From: Thermoplasmatota archaeon
GTDB lineage: Archaea > Thermoplasmatota > Thermoplasmata > Halarchaeoplasmatales > Halarchaeoplasmataceae
DNA: 64,000 bases
Direction: 5' to 3'
NCBI GenBank assembly: GCA_036626005.1
Contig: JAZKSP010000001.1
Span: forward strand, 1,344 to 65,343
The position numbers were made by a program, and so were the translations under genes. A model generated the notes under the pieces. It had not been told where the DNA came from. It was given only the letters and a program-made list of their open reading frames with translations, and ran no database searches. Positions 19,529 to 32,246 of the stretch are shown piece by piece; within the stretch, counting starts at the first letter, position 1, and the number at the start of each line of letters is the position of its first letter.

Positions 19529-22500
19529 ATGGACGATGAAAAAATTGCGAAGACCTTCTCGAAAGGAGCAAATGAAGAGGATCTTGCATCACCCGAGATC
19601 GAAGAGATCGATGAATTGGAAGAACGTATCAAAGAGTTGAATTGCTTTTATAAGATCTCCGAAATTGTAAATGACGCCTCTCTTTCACTAGATGAAGCTT
19701 TACAAAAAATCGTCGAAGTCATCCCTCCGTCCTGGCAGTATCCAGATATTGCTTCGGCCAGAATAAAAATCAGAGAAAAAGAATATACTACAGAGGATTT
19801 TGAAAAAACGGAATGGAAGCAGAGGAGTGATATAACAGTAAAGAGCGAAAAGATCGGCGAGATAAACGTTGTTTACCACGAAGAGAGACCTGAGAAGGAT
19901 GATGGTCCCTTTTTGAAGGAGGAGAGACGCTTGCTCGATACTTTAGCTGATCTTTTAGCTAATTTCGTTCAAGAGGAAACCGGAGGTCGGTTATCTAGGA
20001 AGGAACTGGTATCCGAATCTCCTGAAGAGGAGAAAAAGGATTGGGAGGTCATAATCGATCTTCTTATGCAGACGGACCCTAGGACTTTACTTAGGATAAC
20101 AAGGAAGATGGTGTATTATCTTTATAGAAATGAGAACGAGAGAGTGCAATCTCTCCTTGATGATGTGTGTCCCGCTGACGGGAGCGAAGAAGCTCCAAAA
20201 TGGTGCGGTATAAATATGCCGAACCCAAAACAGGATATTGACTCTTTAAGAGAGGTCCAGAGGGAAGTATTTCAGATCGCTAAGGAAGATCTAGACCCCG
20301 AACGGATATCAGATCTCTTCCACAGATGGTTGAAAGAGGATAAGGCCCGCCCATTGTTGATAGCATCACAAAGAAGAGGCACCCCCCTGGTAGAGATCAA
20401 GGAAGAATTGAATAGGTTTTTCAGAAAACCGGAGTCTGAGAAGGTACTTTCTGACGAGGATAAAATGAGCATACGGACCGAGCTAATCCAGCGATTTTTT
20501 ACTGATAGATTGGATTTTGTGAATGTCGCTAAGAAATATATCAAGGTGGACGATTACGAGCCCTTGATTCAGAAGATAGTGGGGCCGGCTCGTGGTGCAG
20601 GTAAATTAGGAGGCAAAGCTTCAGGAGCTTACCTTGCTCATAAGATCATACAGGAAGAATTCGATGATGAGTTCACAAAAGAAATAGGATTCCCCAAAAG
20701 TTGGTACATAACCTCAGATACACTTATGGACCTGATCCATTATAATGATCTTGACGAACTTATCCATGTCAAATATTTAGATCCGGATGAAATCAGGCAT
20801 GAAGAGCCGTTTTTGGAACAATTGATGAAAAATGCAATGTTCCCCTCAGAGATAGTGGAAGGGCTAAAGAAGATTCTAAGGGATTTAGAGGGAAAACCGA
20901 TTATTGTCAGATCTTCTAGTCTCCTAGAGGATAACTTCGGCGCGGCTTTTTCCGGCAAATACAAGAGCCTTTTCCTTCCCAATAAAGGGAGTGAAGAGGA
21001 AAGGTTGGAGGAATTAATGAACGCTATCGCCGAGGTCTATGCATCTACTTTCTCAGCTGATCCTATAGAATATCGAAGGGAACGTGGTCTTTTGGACTTC
21101 AGTGAGGAAATGGGTATCCTGATCCAGGAGGTTGTCGGTACAGAGATTGGAAACTACTATCTTCCTACTTATGGAGGTGTGGCATTCAGTAAGAACGAGT
21201 TCAGATGGTCCCCTAGAATTGGGAGAGACGATGGAGTCATCAGGATAGTCCCCGGGCTCGCTACCAGAGCTGTAGATAGGATCGGAGATGATTATCCCAT
21301 ACTCGCTTCTCCTAACAGACCTAATTTACGGGTAAATTCGACTGTAGAAGAACGGGTTAGATACTCTCCGAGATATATGGACGTGATCAACCTAGAAACA
21401 GAACAGATGGAAACCGTTGAAGTAGATAACTTCCTTCAGGAGCACGCCAATGAGTTTCCCAATCTAGAAAAAATGGTTTCCTTGTATGAAAACGGGAATC
21501 TAAAGACACCTTCAGGAGTGATACTCAGTCCTGAAAAGGAGGATATGGTTGTTACCTTCTCTAAACTTTTCGATAAAACTGATTTCCTCCCCAAGATGAA
21601 TCAGATATTGAGAAAACTTGAAGAAAAAATAGGTTATCCAGTAGACGTCGAATTTGCTTTTGACGGTGAAAAACTTTATATTGTCCAGTGTAGACCTCAG
21701 AGTCAGGCTTTGGATAGAGAGAGAGTGAAGATACCAAGGGACATAAAAGAAAATAGAAAGTTATTCTCTGCGAATAAATACGTTACTACAGGCAATTTAG
21801 AAAACCTTGAGTATATTGTTTATGTGGTCCCCGGGGAGTACTCGAAACTTGAGAGCAGAGAAAAAATGCAGCAAACAGCTCAGATTGTAGGTGAACTAAA
21901 CAAAGAGTTACCAGAGCAAAAATTCATCCTCATGGGCCCCGGCAGATGGGGAAGTCGAGGAGACATCAAACTTGGAGTTCCGGTGAAATATAGAGAGATA
22001 AACAATACCGCTTTGCTAGTAGAAGTCGCGAAGGAAAGAGGTGGTTATGAACCCGAACTATCTTTTGGTACACACTTTTTCCAAGATCTGGTTGAAGCAG
22101 ATATCAAATATTTACCTCTGTATCCTGAGGAGGAAGAGAATATCTGGAAAGAAGAGATGTTTTTCAGGTCGGAAAACAAATTAACGGACTTTCTGCCCAG
22201 ATATGAAGATTTCGAAGACGTGATCAGAGTGGTCGACGTGAGTGACATAAGTAAAGGCGGAACTCTCACGGTGACTATGGACGGCGAGGCAAATCAGGCC
22301 TTAGCCTATTTGGAACCTTCGGATCATTGGGAATGGAGGATGAAAAAAGTCAAACAGATGGCTAGGGAATTAGACCCGGAAGTGTATGATGTAGAAGCGC
22401 TTTACGTGGTGGGTAGTACGAAAGAAGCGACTGCAGGTCCTGAGAGCGATATAGATATAATAGTCCATTTTGATGGTGATGAAGAGCAAAAGGAGAAGCT

Positions 22501-22696
22501 TGATAATTGGTTCCAGAGATGGGATCAGAGGCTAATCCAGGAGAACGAGCAGCGGATCGGAAAAAGGCTCGATAGTATACTAGATGTTCATTACATCACG
22601 GCCGAAGATATAGAAGAGGAGAGTTCTTGGGCATCTCATATAACTTCAAGATATAAATCAGCTAGAAAAATACCTGTAGGCCGTGACCAAGAGTGA
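19529..22696 (+). CDS. Multidomain paralog: GAF-like N-terminal sensor, PPDK_N ATP-grasp domain and a C-terminal minimal nucleotidyltransferase (Pol-beta-like)
   Basis: N-terminus LNCFYKISEI...ERRLLDTLADLLANFV looks GAF-like. PPDK_N motifs GPARGAGKLGGKASG, IIVRSSSLLEDNFGAAFSGKYKSLFLPN, LIQEVVGTE. C-terminus ALYVVGSTKEATAGPESDIDIIVHFDGD is a GS..(D/E)xD minimal-NTase motif. Confidence 0.6.
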   Translation: MDDEKIAKTFSKGANEEDLASPEIEEIDELEERIKELNCFYKISEIVNDASLSLDEALQKIVEVIPPSWQYPDIASARIKIREKEYTTEDFEKTEWKQRSDITVKSEKIGEINVVYHEERPEKDDGPFLKEERRLLDTLADLLANFVQEETGGRLSRKELVSESPEEEKKDWEVIIDLLMQTDPRTLLRITRKMVYYLYRNENERVQSLLDDVCPADGSEEAPKWCGINMPNPKQDIDSLREVQREVFQIAKEDLDPERISDLFHRWLKEDKARPLLIASQRRGTPLVEIKEELNRFFRKPESEKVLSDEDKMSIRTELIQRFFTDRLDFVNVAKKYIKVDDYEPLIQKIVGPARGAGKLGGKASGAYLAHKIIQEEFDDEFTKEIGFPKSWYITSDTLMDLIHYNDLDELIHVKYLDPDEIRHEEPFLEQLMKNAMFPSEIVEGLKKILRDLEGKPIIVRSSSLLEDNFGAAFSGKYKSLFLPNKGSEEERLEELMNAIAEVYASTFSADPIEYRRERGLLDFSEEMGILIQEVVGTEIGNYYLPTYGGVAFSKNEFRWSPRIGRDDGVIRIVPGLATRAVDRIGDDYPILASPNRPNLRVNSTVEERVRYSPRYMDVINLETEQMETVEVDNFLQEHANEFPNLEKMVSLYENGNLKTPSGVILSPEKEDMVVTFSKLFDKTDFLPKMNQILRKLEEKIGYPVDVEFAFDGEKLYIVQCRPQSQALDRERVKIPRDIKENRKLFSANKYVTTGNLENLEYIVYVVPGEYSKLESREKMQQTAQIVGELNKELPEQKFILMGPGRWGSRGDIKLGVPVKYREINNTALLVEVAKERGGYEPELSFGTHFFQDLVEADIKYLPLYPEEEENIWKEEMFFRSENKLTDFLPRYEDFEDVIRVVDVSDISKGGTLTVTMDGEANQALAYLEPSDHWEWRMKKVKQMARELDPEVYDVEALYVVGSTKEATAGPESDIDIIVHFDGDEEQKEKLDNWFQRWDQRLIQENEQRIGKRLDSILDVHYITAEDIEEESSWASHITSRYKSARKIPVGRDQE

Positions 22697-22715
22697 GGTT
22701 AAAGTTATCAACTTC

Positions 22716-23573
22716 TTAGATCTCGACTAGTGTTCTGATCGAGTTTTCCAATACTTCAGTATCGAATCTAATGATGGACAGTTCAGACCCATTATGCACA
22801 CCAGTAAAAGAATGAGTTTCTCCGATCATCTCACTCCACTCGCCGGTGATATCTACTGTTTCATGGACATGGCCGTGGAGAGTAACGAGAGGTTGTTTTT
22901 CCTTTATGAACCTCTTGATCGCTATACTCCCAACATGGTTATCTATTGGGGCGTGATCTATCATTTTATCGTCAAGAGCTGCTCTGTCCAAGGAAGTATC
23001 GTAGGGGGGTGAGTGGAATAGGTAGATAGTCTTTTTTGGATGTGAGTTCTCTATCAGTTCCTCTAAGTCGTTTTCTATCGTAGAATATTTCTTTTCATAG
23101 TTTGATACATCGACTGTTCTTGTTCCTTTTTCCGGTGAAACCGCACCTATTCCCACGTATCTTGAAACGTCATATTTTTCCCAATCTTTGAGATGGAACG
23201 GTGTTGGAGGGACGAAGTTGTATCCTGTGACATGTAGATCTCTAAATCTTTTAGTAGATGCGTGAACATAATCAATGAGGTTTTTTTCGTCCATTTCTTT
23301 CAAAGCATTTTCGTATATTCTTGGATCATCATTACCCATTATCACAAATATCTCTAAATCCTCTACAGCACTTTTTACATTTTCAATCTGGTCGGATAAA
23401 AACCCTCTTAGAAATTCATCACCTTCAGTATCCACTTTCAATGATGATGGCAAGAGATCTCCTCCAAGAAATAGTCCGTCTGGAGATTCATCTTTTACGA
23501 TCTCGAACAACTTCCTGTATTTTTTCTTTTTTCCGTGAAGGTCTGAAGTAAAGATGCAGTTCAGAATTAACAC
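22716..23573 (-). CDS. Calcineurin-like metallophosphoesterase
   Basis: MPP motifs DLHG, GGDLL, GNDD, HSPP and GHVHE. Confidence 0.7.
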   Translation of the reverse strand: MLILNCIFTSDLHGKKKKYRKLFEIVKDESPDGLFLGGDLLPSSLKVDTEGDEFLRGFLSDQIENVKSAVEDLEIFVIMGNDDPRIYENALKEMDEKNLIDYVHASTKRFRDLHVTGYNFVPPTPFHLKDWEKYDVSRYVGIGAVSPEKGTRTVDVSNYEKKYSTIENDLEELIENSHPKKTIYLFHSPPYDTSLDRAALDDKMIDHAPIDNHVGSIAIKRFIKEKQPLVTLHGHVHETVDITGEWSEMIGETHSFTGVHNGSELSIIRFDTEVLENSIRTLVEI

Positions 23574-23775
23574 CGAGATTTATTGACATATAGATTTACC
23601 TCTACTTTTAGTTTTTTATGACTTCTTCCTTAAGTTATGATATGTGAAATGGCCGATCATTTTTAGATATTGATGTACAATTTGGGTCAGAAAAGAAAAA
23701 GTCCTTCCCAATTCCCTCTACGAAATACTTAAATTAGTAAGGTAAATCATCTAATCCCTGTTTACAAAAAAGTAA

Positions 23776-25140
<1,365 letters not shown>

Positions 25141-25356
25141 ATACAAACCAAAGATAAAAACTCTTAATCCTATCTAAACCCTTTTTCCTTAATTTTTTCA
25201 GAAAGGTATATCTTGGAAATTTCCTCATAAACCATTTTTAAGAATTAGGTAAGTCGGAAAATTTTCACTAGTATTTTTCACTTATACAATCAGTGTGAAG
25301 TATGAGAATATATCAATTGTATATTCATTTCCACATATCAAAAATTTACCGACTTT

Positions 25357-25908
25357 CTATGACTTCACATTTAATCTGATCTTGTGTTTGTTCATCTCAA
25401 TGTCAGCTGAAATATTTGAGTTCTCTATATATCCTTCTAGAAATATTTTTAAATATTCTGCCATATCTGGTATCATCGGAATAATAGTGAAGTTATCTTC
25501 TGATTCTACGATCAATCTAAATAGATTCGTTTTTTCCAACCGATTTAGGCATTTCATGGGTTCCGCTATTCCCTTCTTACAGTAACTCAAATAGAATTCG
25601 CCGCCGATTTTCTTTAATTCTTCTTTCAGTTTCTCTGAGGGTTCACCTATTTCCTGTAAAAATGCCTGAAAAATTCCTATATCGAACAGAAGGTTGTCCG
25701 GTCTCATCCGTAGATCCAATATCGTTTCTAGTTCCTCTGGGGAGAGATTTTCTTTGTCTAAGACCACCTCTAAATACCCGAGCGCTCTGCGAACAACTTC
25801 TGATTTTGAAGTCCTAAGTTCGGATTCGATATCTTCCAACCTATCTAAACTTTCAGGATCCAGATTGACCGTCACTCTTTCGTTAGTCTTCTTTTCTTTT
25901 GGAGGCAT
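25357..25908 (-). CDS. Ribbon-helix-helix (CopG/Arc-like) domain protein with an uncharacterised C-terminal domain
   Basis: N-terminus ERVTVNLDPESLDRLEDIE...SKSEVVRRALGYL fits a beta-strand plus two helices of an RHH. The remaining ~120 aa have no recognisable family. Confidence 0.45.
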   Translation of the reverse strand: MPPKEKKTNERVTVNLDPESLDRLEDIESELRTSKSEVVRRALGYLEVVLDKENLSPEELETILDLRMRPDNLLFDIGIFQAFLQEIGEPSEKLKEELKKIGGEFYLSYCKKGIAEPMKCLNRLEKTNLFRLIVESEDNFTIIPMIPDMAEYLKIFLEGYIENSNISADIEMNKHKIRLNVKS

Positions 25909-26103
25909 AATAAACCCTACTACTTAATTCGAGGATAGGCCCTTATTTATTCTTTTCCTTAAGTTATGAAATATCTGCTTTTTTAGTCTTTATTAATAAA
26001 TATGTTAAAAAGGTCTTCATATTTTTGAAAATAGTTAGACTTTCAACAGGTATAACAACGGGTATAAAAAAGAATAAAATTTTAGGAGCATTCTTTAACT
26101 GTA

Positions 26104-28331
<2,228 letters not shown>

Positions 28332-28450
28332 ACAGGGACCTCAGTCCTCTACCTGATTACCCTATTAAAAATTTTATGTAGATTTAAACGAGATTAACAA
28401 TAAATATTAAAGAAAAATATTTCTTTCATGCAGTTCTATTCCTCTTCTTT

Positions 28451-28852
28451 CTAAATTGTGCCTTCATCTCCATAGACAGTAATCGGAATCGACCCAGAAT
28501 ACTCGCCGATTTCGACCTCTGAATGCACTTTCAACTGGAATAGTGCCATACATTTTTCTCCAACGTTCAGTGACCCTCCTAGATAATTCTCGGACATTGA
28601 ACGCCATCCATCAGAATCAATAACACCGTGCCCCACGTATATCTTGTGAAGGTATCTTTCTCCGGTGTTCTTTAACCAGAACCACTTATTTTTTTCTTCC
28701 CCGGGCCTGACAGGTCCAAAATTGATATTTTTTACTTCTCGATAACATTTTTCGTCTTCATAGACCGATAGTTTAAAATCGCTCTTTGAATTCTCTTCTG
28801 AAACCCCTCTAAATTCTTTTTTTATCTCCAATCTATCGACCCCATATATCAC
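28451..28852 (-). CDS. Hypothetical protein (beta-rich, no recognisable family)
   Basis: Clean 133-aa ORF in an otherwise empty intergenic space. No motif recognised. Confidence 0.3.
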   Translation of the reverse strand: MIYGVDRLEIKKEFRGVSEENSKSDFKLSVYEDEKCYREVKNINFGPVRPGEEKNKWFWLKNTGERYLHKIYVGHGVIDSDGWRSMSENYLGGSLNVGEKCMALFQLKVHSEVEIGEYSGSIPITVYGDEGTI

Positions 28853-29066
28853 TAGACAAGGTTGAAGAGATATTTCTTTGTTCCATTAATAACGTAGTCC
28901 TGATACTAAAAGTTTTGTGATAAATTATGATAAATTATGAAAAATTAAACACAATATGAATTATGCGTATATTAACCTCTATTTGAAGTTTATTTTCGTA
29001 CTTTGAAGTTTTTTTAATAACAGATTTTAAATAAAAAAACTAATTAGTAGGTAGTAGGTAGAAAAA

Positions 29067-29426
29067 ATGGAATTGGAATGCAAAAGTTGCGGATATGAGT
29101 GGGACTATCAAGGCGAGAGCGATTTTTACGCCACTTGTCCAAACTGCCATTACAAGGTGAAGATATCGGCTAAAGCTGAAGTCGTGAAACCTGATTTTGA
29201 GATCGACCGATTCAATGAGGAAGAAAACGTCCTTCTCAACGAATTGGCTGCCTGTCAAGGTCCGGAGGACTTTAAAAAGGTCTGTTCTAAGTACGAACAG
29301 CAGGAATTCAATGCGATGAAGAAGAAAATCAAAGATAAAGTCCAAAAGATGAGAGAAGACTTGAATAAATTCGAGAGAGCGGAAGACATTCTTGAAGGGT
29401 CCGATTGGCAGTATCCCGAGTTATAG
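29067..29426 (+). CDS. Zinc-ribbon protein, copy 1 of a three-gene tandem family ([16 protein letters not shown]...CPNCxYKVKI)
   Basis: Own RBS (ggtagaaaaaATG). CxxC...CPxC ribbon plus a K-rich helical tail. Paralogous over its full length with the next ORF. Confidence 0.5.
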   Translation: MELECKSCGYEWDYQGESDFYATCPNCHYKVKISAKAEVVKPDFEIDRFNEEENVLLNELAACQGPEDFKKVCSKYEQQEFNAMKKKIKDKVQKMREDLNKFERAEDILEGSDWQYPEL

Positions 29427-29445
29427 GTAATTTCCAGGTGATCGG

Positions 29446-29883
29446 ATGGAGCTGGAATGCAACAGTTGTGGATATGAATGGGATTACCAGGGCAAAAGCG
29501 ATTATTACGCAACTTGTCCGAACTGCCAATATAAAGTGAAAATAGAGGCGAATGCCGAAGTCGTCGAACCAGAAGGAAAAGAAGAGGAACCTGAAGGAGA
29601 TGTTAAGGCAGAATTTGGAATGCCGGCGAAGGCAGAAGTCGTCCCATCAGGAGCGGGAACTACTAGATTCAGTGAAAAGGAAGAGATGTTTTTAGAACAG
29701 ATCGCTGAAGTTGACGATTCCGATGAGATATATGAAATTTTTTCCACATATGACCAGGAAGAATTCAACACGCTCAGGAAAAAAGTAAAAGATAAAGCCA
29801 CTAGGCTTCGAAATGATCTGAAAAAATACGAGGAAATTGAAAATCTTTTAGAGGAAAAAGAATGGGAATATTCTGATCGATAA
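29446..29883 (+). CDS. Zinc-ribbon protein, copy 2 (paralog of 29067..29426 with an acidic insertion)
   Basis: RBS aggtga. N-terminal ribbon ~80% aa identical to copy 1. The C-terminal helix FNTLRKKVKDKATRLRNDLKKYEE parallels FNAMKKKIKDKVQKMREDLNKFE in copy 1. Confidence 0.5.
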   Translation: MELECNSCGYEWDYQGKSDYYATCPNCQYKVKIEANAEVVEPEGKEEEPEGDVKAEFGMPAKAEVVPSGAGTTRFSEKEEMFLEQIAEVDDSDEIYEIFSTYDQEEFNTLRKKVKDKATRLRNDLKKYEEIENLLEEKEWEYSDR

Positions 29884-29907
29884 ACTGAGATTTAAAAAGG
29901 TGTTAAA

Positions 29908-30492
29908 ATGGAATTAGAATGTGAAAATTGTGGATATGAATGGGATTATCAGGGCGAAGTTGAAGAGTACGCAGTATGCCCGGAATGTGATTATGAGATG
30001 GAGATACCGGCGGAAGCCGAAGTCATCGCACCCGAGAGAGATATAGAGAGTATTCTTGAACAATACTCTCAAGATCCGAGTTCTCTCATACCGATACTTC
30101 AGGAGACTCAGGAACAGTACGGTTATCTCCCTAGAGACGTCATCGAAAGCATAGCTGAATATTTAGAACTGCCTGTTAGCAAGATTTACGGGGTCGCTAC
30201 TTTTTATGCGCAGTTCAGGTTCGAACCCCAGGGCGAACATGTCGTTAGGATCTGCCACGGTACCGCCTGCCATGTTCAGGGGGCTGAAGGGATAACTGAT
30301 GCGGTCGAAGATACATTGGACATAGATACCGGAGAGACTACAGATGACGGGATTTTCACGTTGGAAAGAGTAGCCTGTCTAGGATGCTGCAGTCTAGCAC
30401 CAGTTATTATGGTCAACGATACTGCCCATGGGAACTTGACAAGAGAGAAAGCTAAGGAGGTCCTCGAAAAATACAGGGGGAATAACACGTGA
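29908..30492 (+). CDS. NuoE-like [2Fe-2S] thioredoxin-fold subunit with the N-terminal zinc-ribbon module (copy 3) fused
   Basis: N-terminus [16 protein letters not shown]...[10 protein letters not shown], followed by NuoE/HoxE motifs [14 protein letters not shown] and [16 protein letters not shown]. Confidence 0.75.
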   Translation: MELECENCGYEWDYQGEVEEYAVCPECDYEMEIPAEAEVIAPERDIESILEQYSQDPSSLIPILQETQEQYGYLPRDVIESIAEYLELPVSKIYGVATFYAQFRFEPQGEHVVRICHGTACHVQGAEGITDAVEDTLDIDTGETTDDGIFTLERVACLGCCSLAPVIMVNDTAHGNLTREKAKEVLEKYRGNNT

Positions 30493-32246
30493 GTTCTGAA
30501 AGGAGAATTAAAGTAGGATATGCTTCCTGCGGTATAGCAGCGGGCGCTAGCGAGATCTACGATGAGTTGATGGACCGATTGAAGGGAAAAGATGTTGATA
30601 CACGTGTGGACAAAGTTGGATGTATAGGGATGTGTCACAACGAACCCATAGTCGAGATAGACGATGAAGACGGAAGATACACTTATGGAAATCTTGAAGT
30701 TGAAGACGTTGAGAACCTTGTCGAAGATCATCTCGTCGAAAACGTCCCTTATGAAGATAAGCTTATAACCGGACCGGACGAAGAATATGATTATTTTTCC
30801 AATCAAAAGAAAGTTGTACTTAGAAACAGCGGAGAGATAGATCCCGAAAGTATAGAAGAATACATCGATACCGGCGGATACGAAGGTTTGAAGAAGGCCC
30901 TAGACATGGAATCCAAAGAGATAATAGATACCATAAAAGAAAGCGATCTTCGAGGAAGAGGCGGAGCCGGATTTCCTACAGGCGTTAAATGGCAGTTCGC
31001 TAAAGACGCTGACGGAGATGAAAAATACCTGATCTGTAACGCTGACGAAGGAGATCCAGGCGCTTTCATGGACCGTTCCGTTCTAGAGGGGGATCCTCAT
31101 GCTGTTTTGGAAGGTATGATAATCGGAGCTTACGCAACTGGAGCGAGTAAAGGTTACATATACTGCAGAGCTGAATATCCTGTAGCGTTAGAGAGACTTC
31201 AGATAGGTATAGAAAAAGCGAGAGAGAAAGGTTTCCTAGGTGAAGATATCCTAGGAAGTGGTTTTTCTTTCGATATTGAGATCAAAGAAGGCGCTGGGGC
31301 TTTCGTTTGCGGTGAAGAGACTGCTCTGATGCATTCGATAGAAGGAGAAAGAGGCATGCCCCGACCGAGACCCCCGTTCCCGGCTCAGGAAGGACTTTTC
31401 GATAAACCTACCAACATAAACAACGTAGAGACCTGGGCAAACGTTCCGTGGATATTGAGAAATGGAGCTGAAGAGTTCAGTTCTATAGGAACTGATGAAA
31501 GCGGTGGAACAAAAGTTTTCGCGCTTGCCGGAAAGGTGAAAAGAGGCGGTTTAGTCGAGGTCCCGATTGGAACGACTCTAAGAGAAGTTATATTCGATGT
31601 AGGCGCAGGGATCGAAGAAGACAAGGAGTTCAAGGCAGTCCAATTAGGCGGTCCTTCAGGTGGATGTCTCCCTAAAGAATATTTGGACACGCCGGTAGAT
31701 TACGAAACTTTAACCGATGCTGGGGCTATAATGGGTTCCGGTGGGATGGTAGTGATGAATGAAGATGACTGTATGGTCAATGTAGCTCAGTACTTCCTAG
31801 ATTTCACTCAGGAGGAATCCTGCGGTAAATGTACCTTCTGCAGAGTCGGTACAAAACGCCTACTAGAGATGTTGGATAGATTCTCCAAAGGAAAAGGCAG
31901 CTCTGAAGATATCGAAAAGTTGAAGGAGATGGCCGATAAGATAAATAAACACTCTCTCTGTGGACTCGGACAGACCGCCCCAAATCCAGTTTTGACCACT
32001 CTTAGATACTTTGAAGATGAGTACGAATCTCACCTGGAAGAACAGACCTGCGAAGCTGGTGTATGCAGGGACCTAATCACTTACACGATAATGGATAGCT
32101 GTATAAGTTGCGGTACCTGTGCGGAAGAGTGTCCATCTGATGCTATATCAGAGGGTGAAAACAAATATGTTATCGATCAAGAGACCTGTATCACATGTGG
32201 AGCGTGTGAAGAAGCCTGCCCCGTAGATGCAATCGAGGTGGAATAG
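30489..32246 (+). CDS. NuoF-like NADH-binding flavoprotein subunit with C-terminal 2x[4Fe-4S] ferredoxin domain (HndC/HoxF/StnB-like)
   Basis: FMN/NADH motifs [13 protein letters not shown]. 4Fe-4S cysteines [11 protein letters not shown]-terminal CxxCxxCxxxCP repeated twice. Confidence 0.85.
   Translation: MSSERRIKVGYASCGIAAGASEIYDELMDRLKGKDVDTRVDKVGCIGMCHNEPIVEIDDEDGRYTYGNLEVEDVENLVEDHLVENVPYEDKLITGPDEEYDYFSNQKKVVLRNSGEIDPESIEEYIDTGGYEGLKKALDMESKEIIDTIKESDLRGRGGAGFPTGVKWQFAKDADGDEKYLICNADEGDPGAFMDRSVLEGDPHAVLEGMIIGAYATGASKGYIYCRAEYPVALERLQIGIEKAREKGFLGEDILGSGFSFDIEIKEGAGAFVCGEETALMHSIEGERGMPRPRPPFPAQEGLFDKPTNINNVETWANVPWILRNGAEEFSSIGTDESGGTKVFALAGKVKRGGLVEVPIGTTLREVIFDVGAGIEEDKEFKAVQLGGPSGGCLPKEYLDTPVDYETLTDAGAIMGSGGMVVMNEDDCMVNVAQYFLDFTQEESCGKCTFCRVGTKRLLEMLDRFSKGKGSSEDIEKLKEMADKINKHSLCGLGQTAPNPVLTTLRYFEDEYESHLEEQTCEAGVCRDLITYTIMDSCISCGTCAEECPSDAISEGENKYVIDQETCITCGACEEACPVDAIEVE

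Noticed and set aside
25295-25585. 96-aa ORF overlapping the start of the RHH-domain gene on the opposite strand
   Set aside because: Hydrophobic low-complexity translation that overlaps a better-supported gene. Likely spurious.
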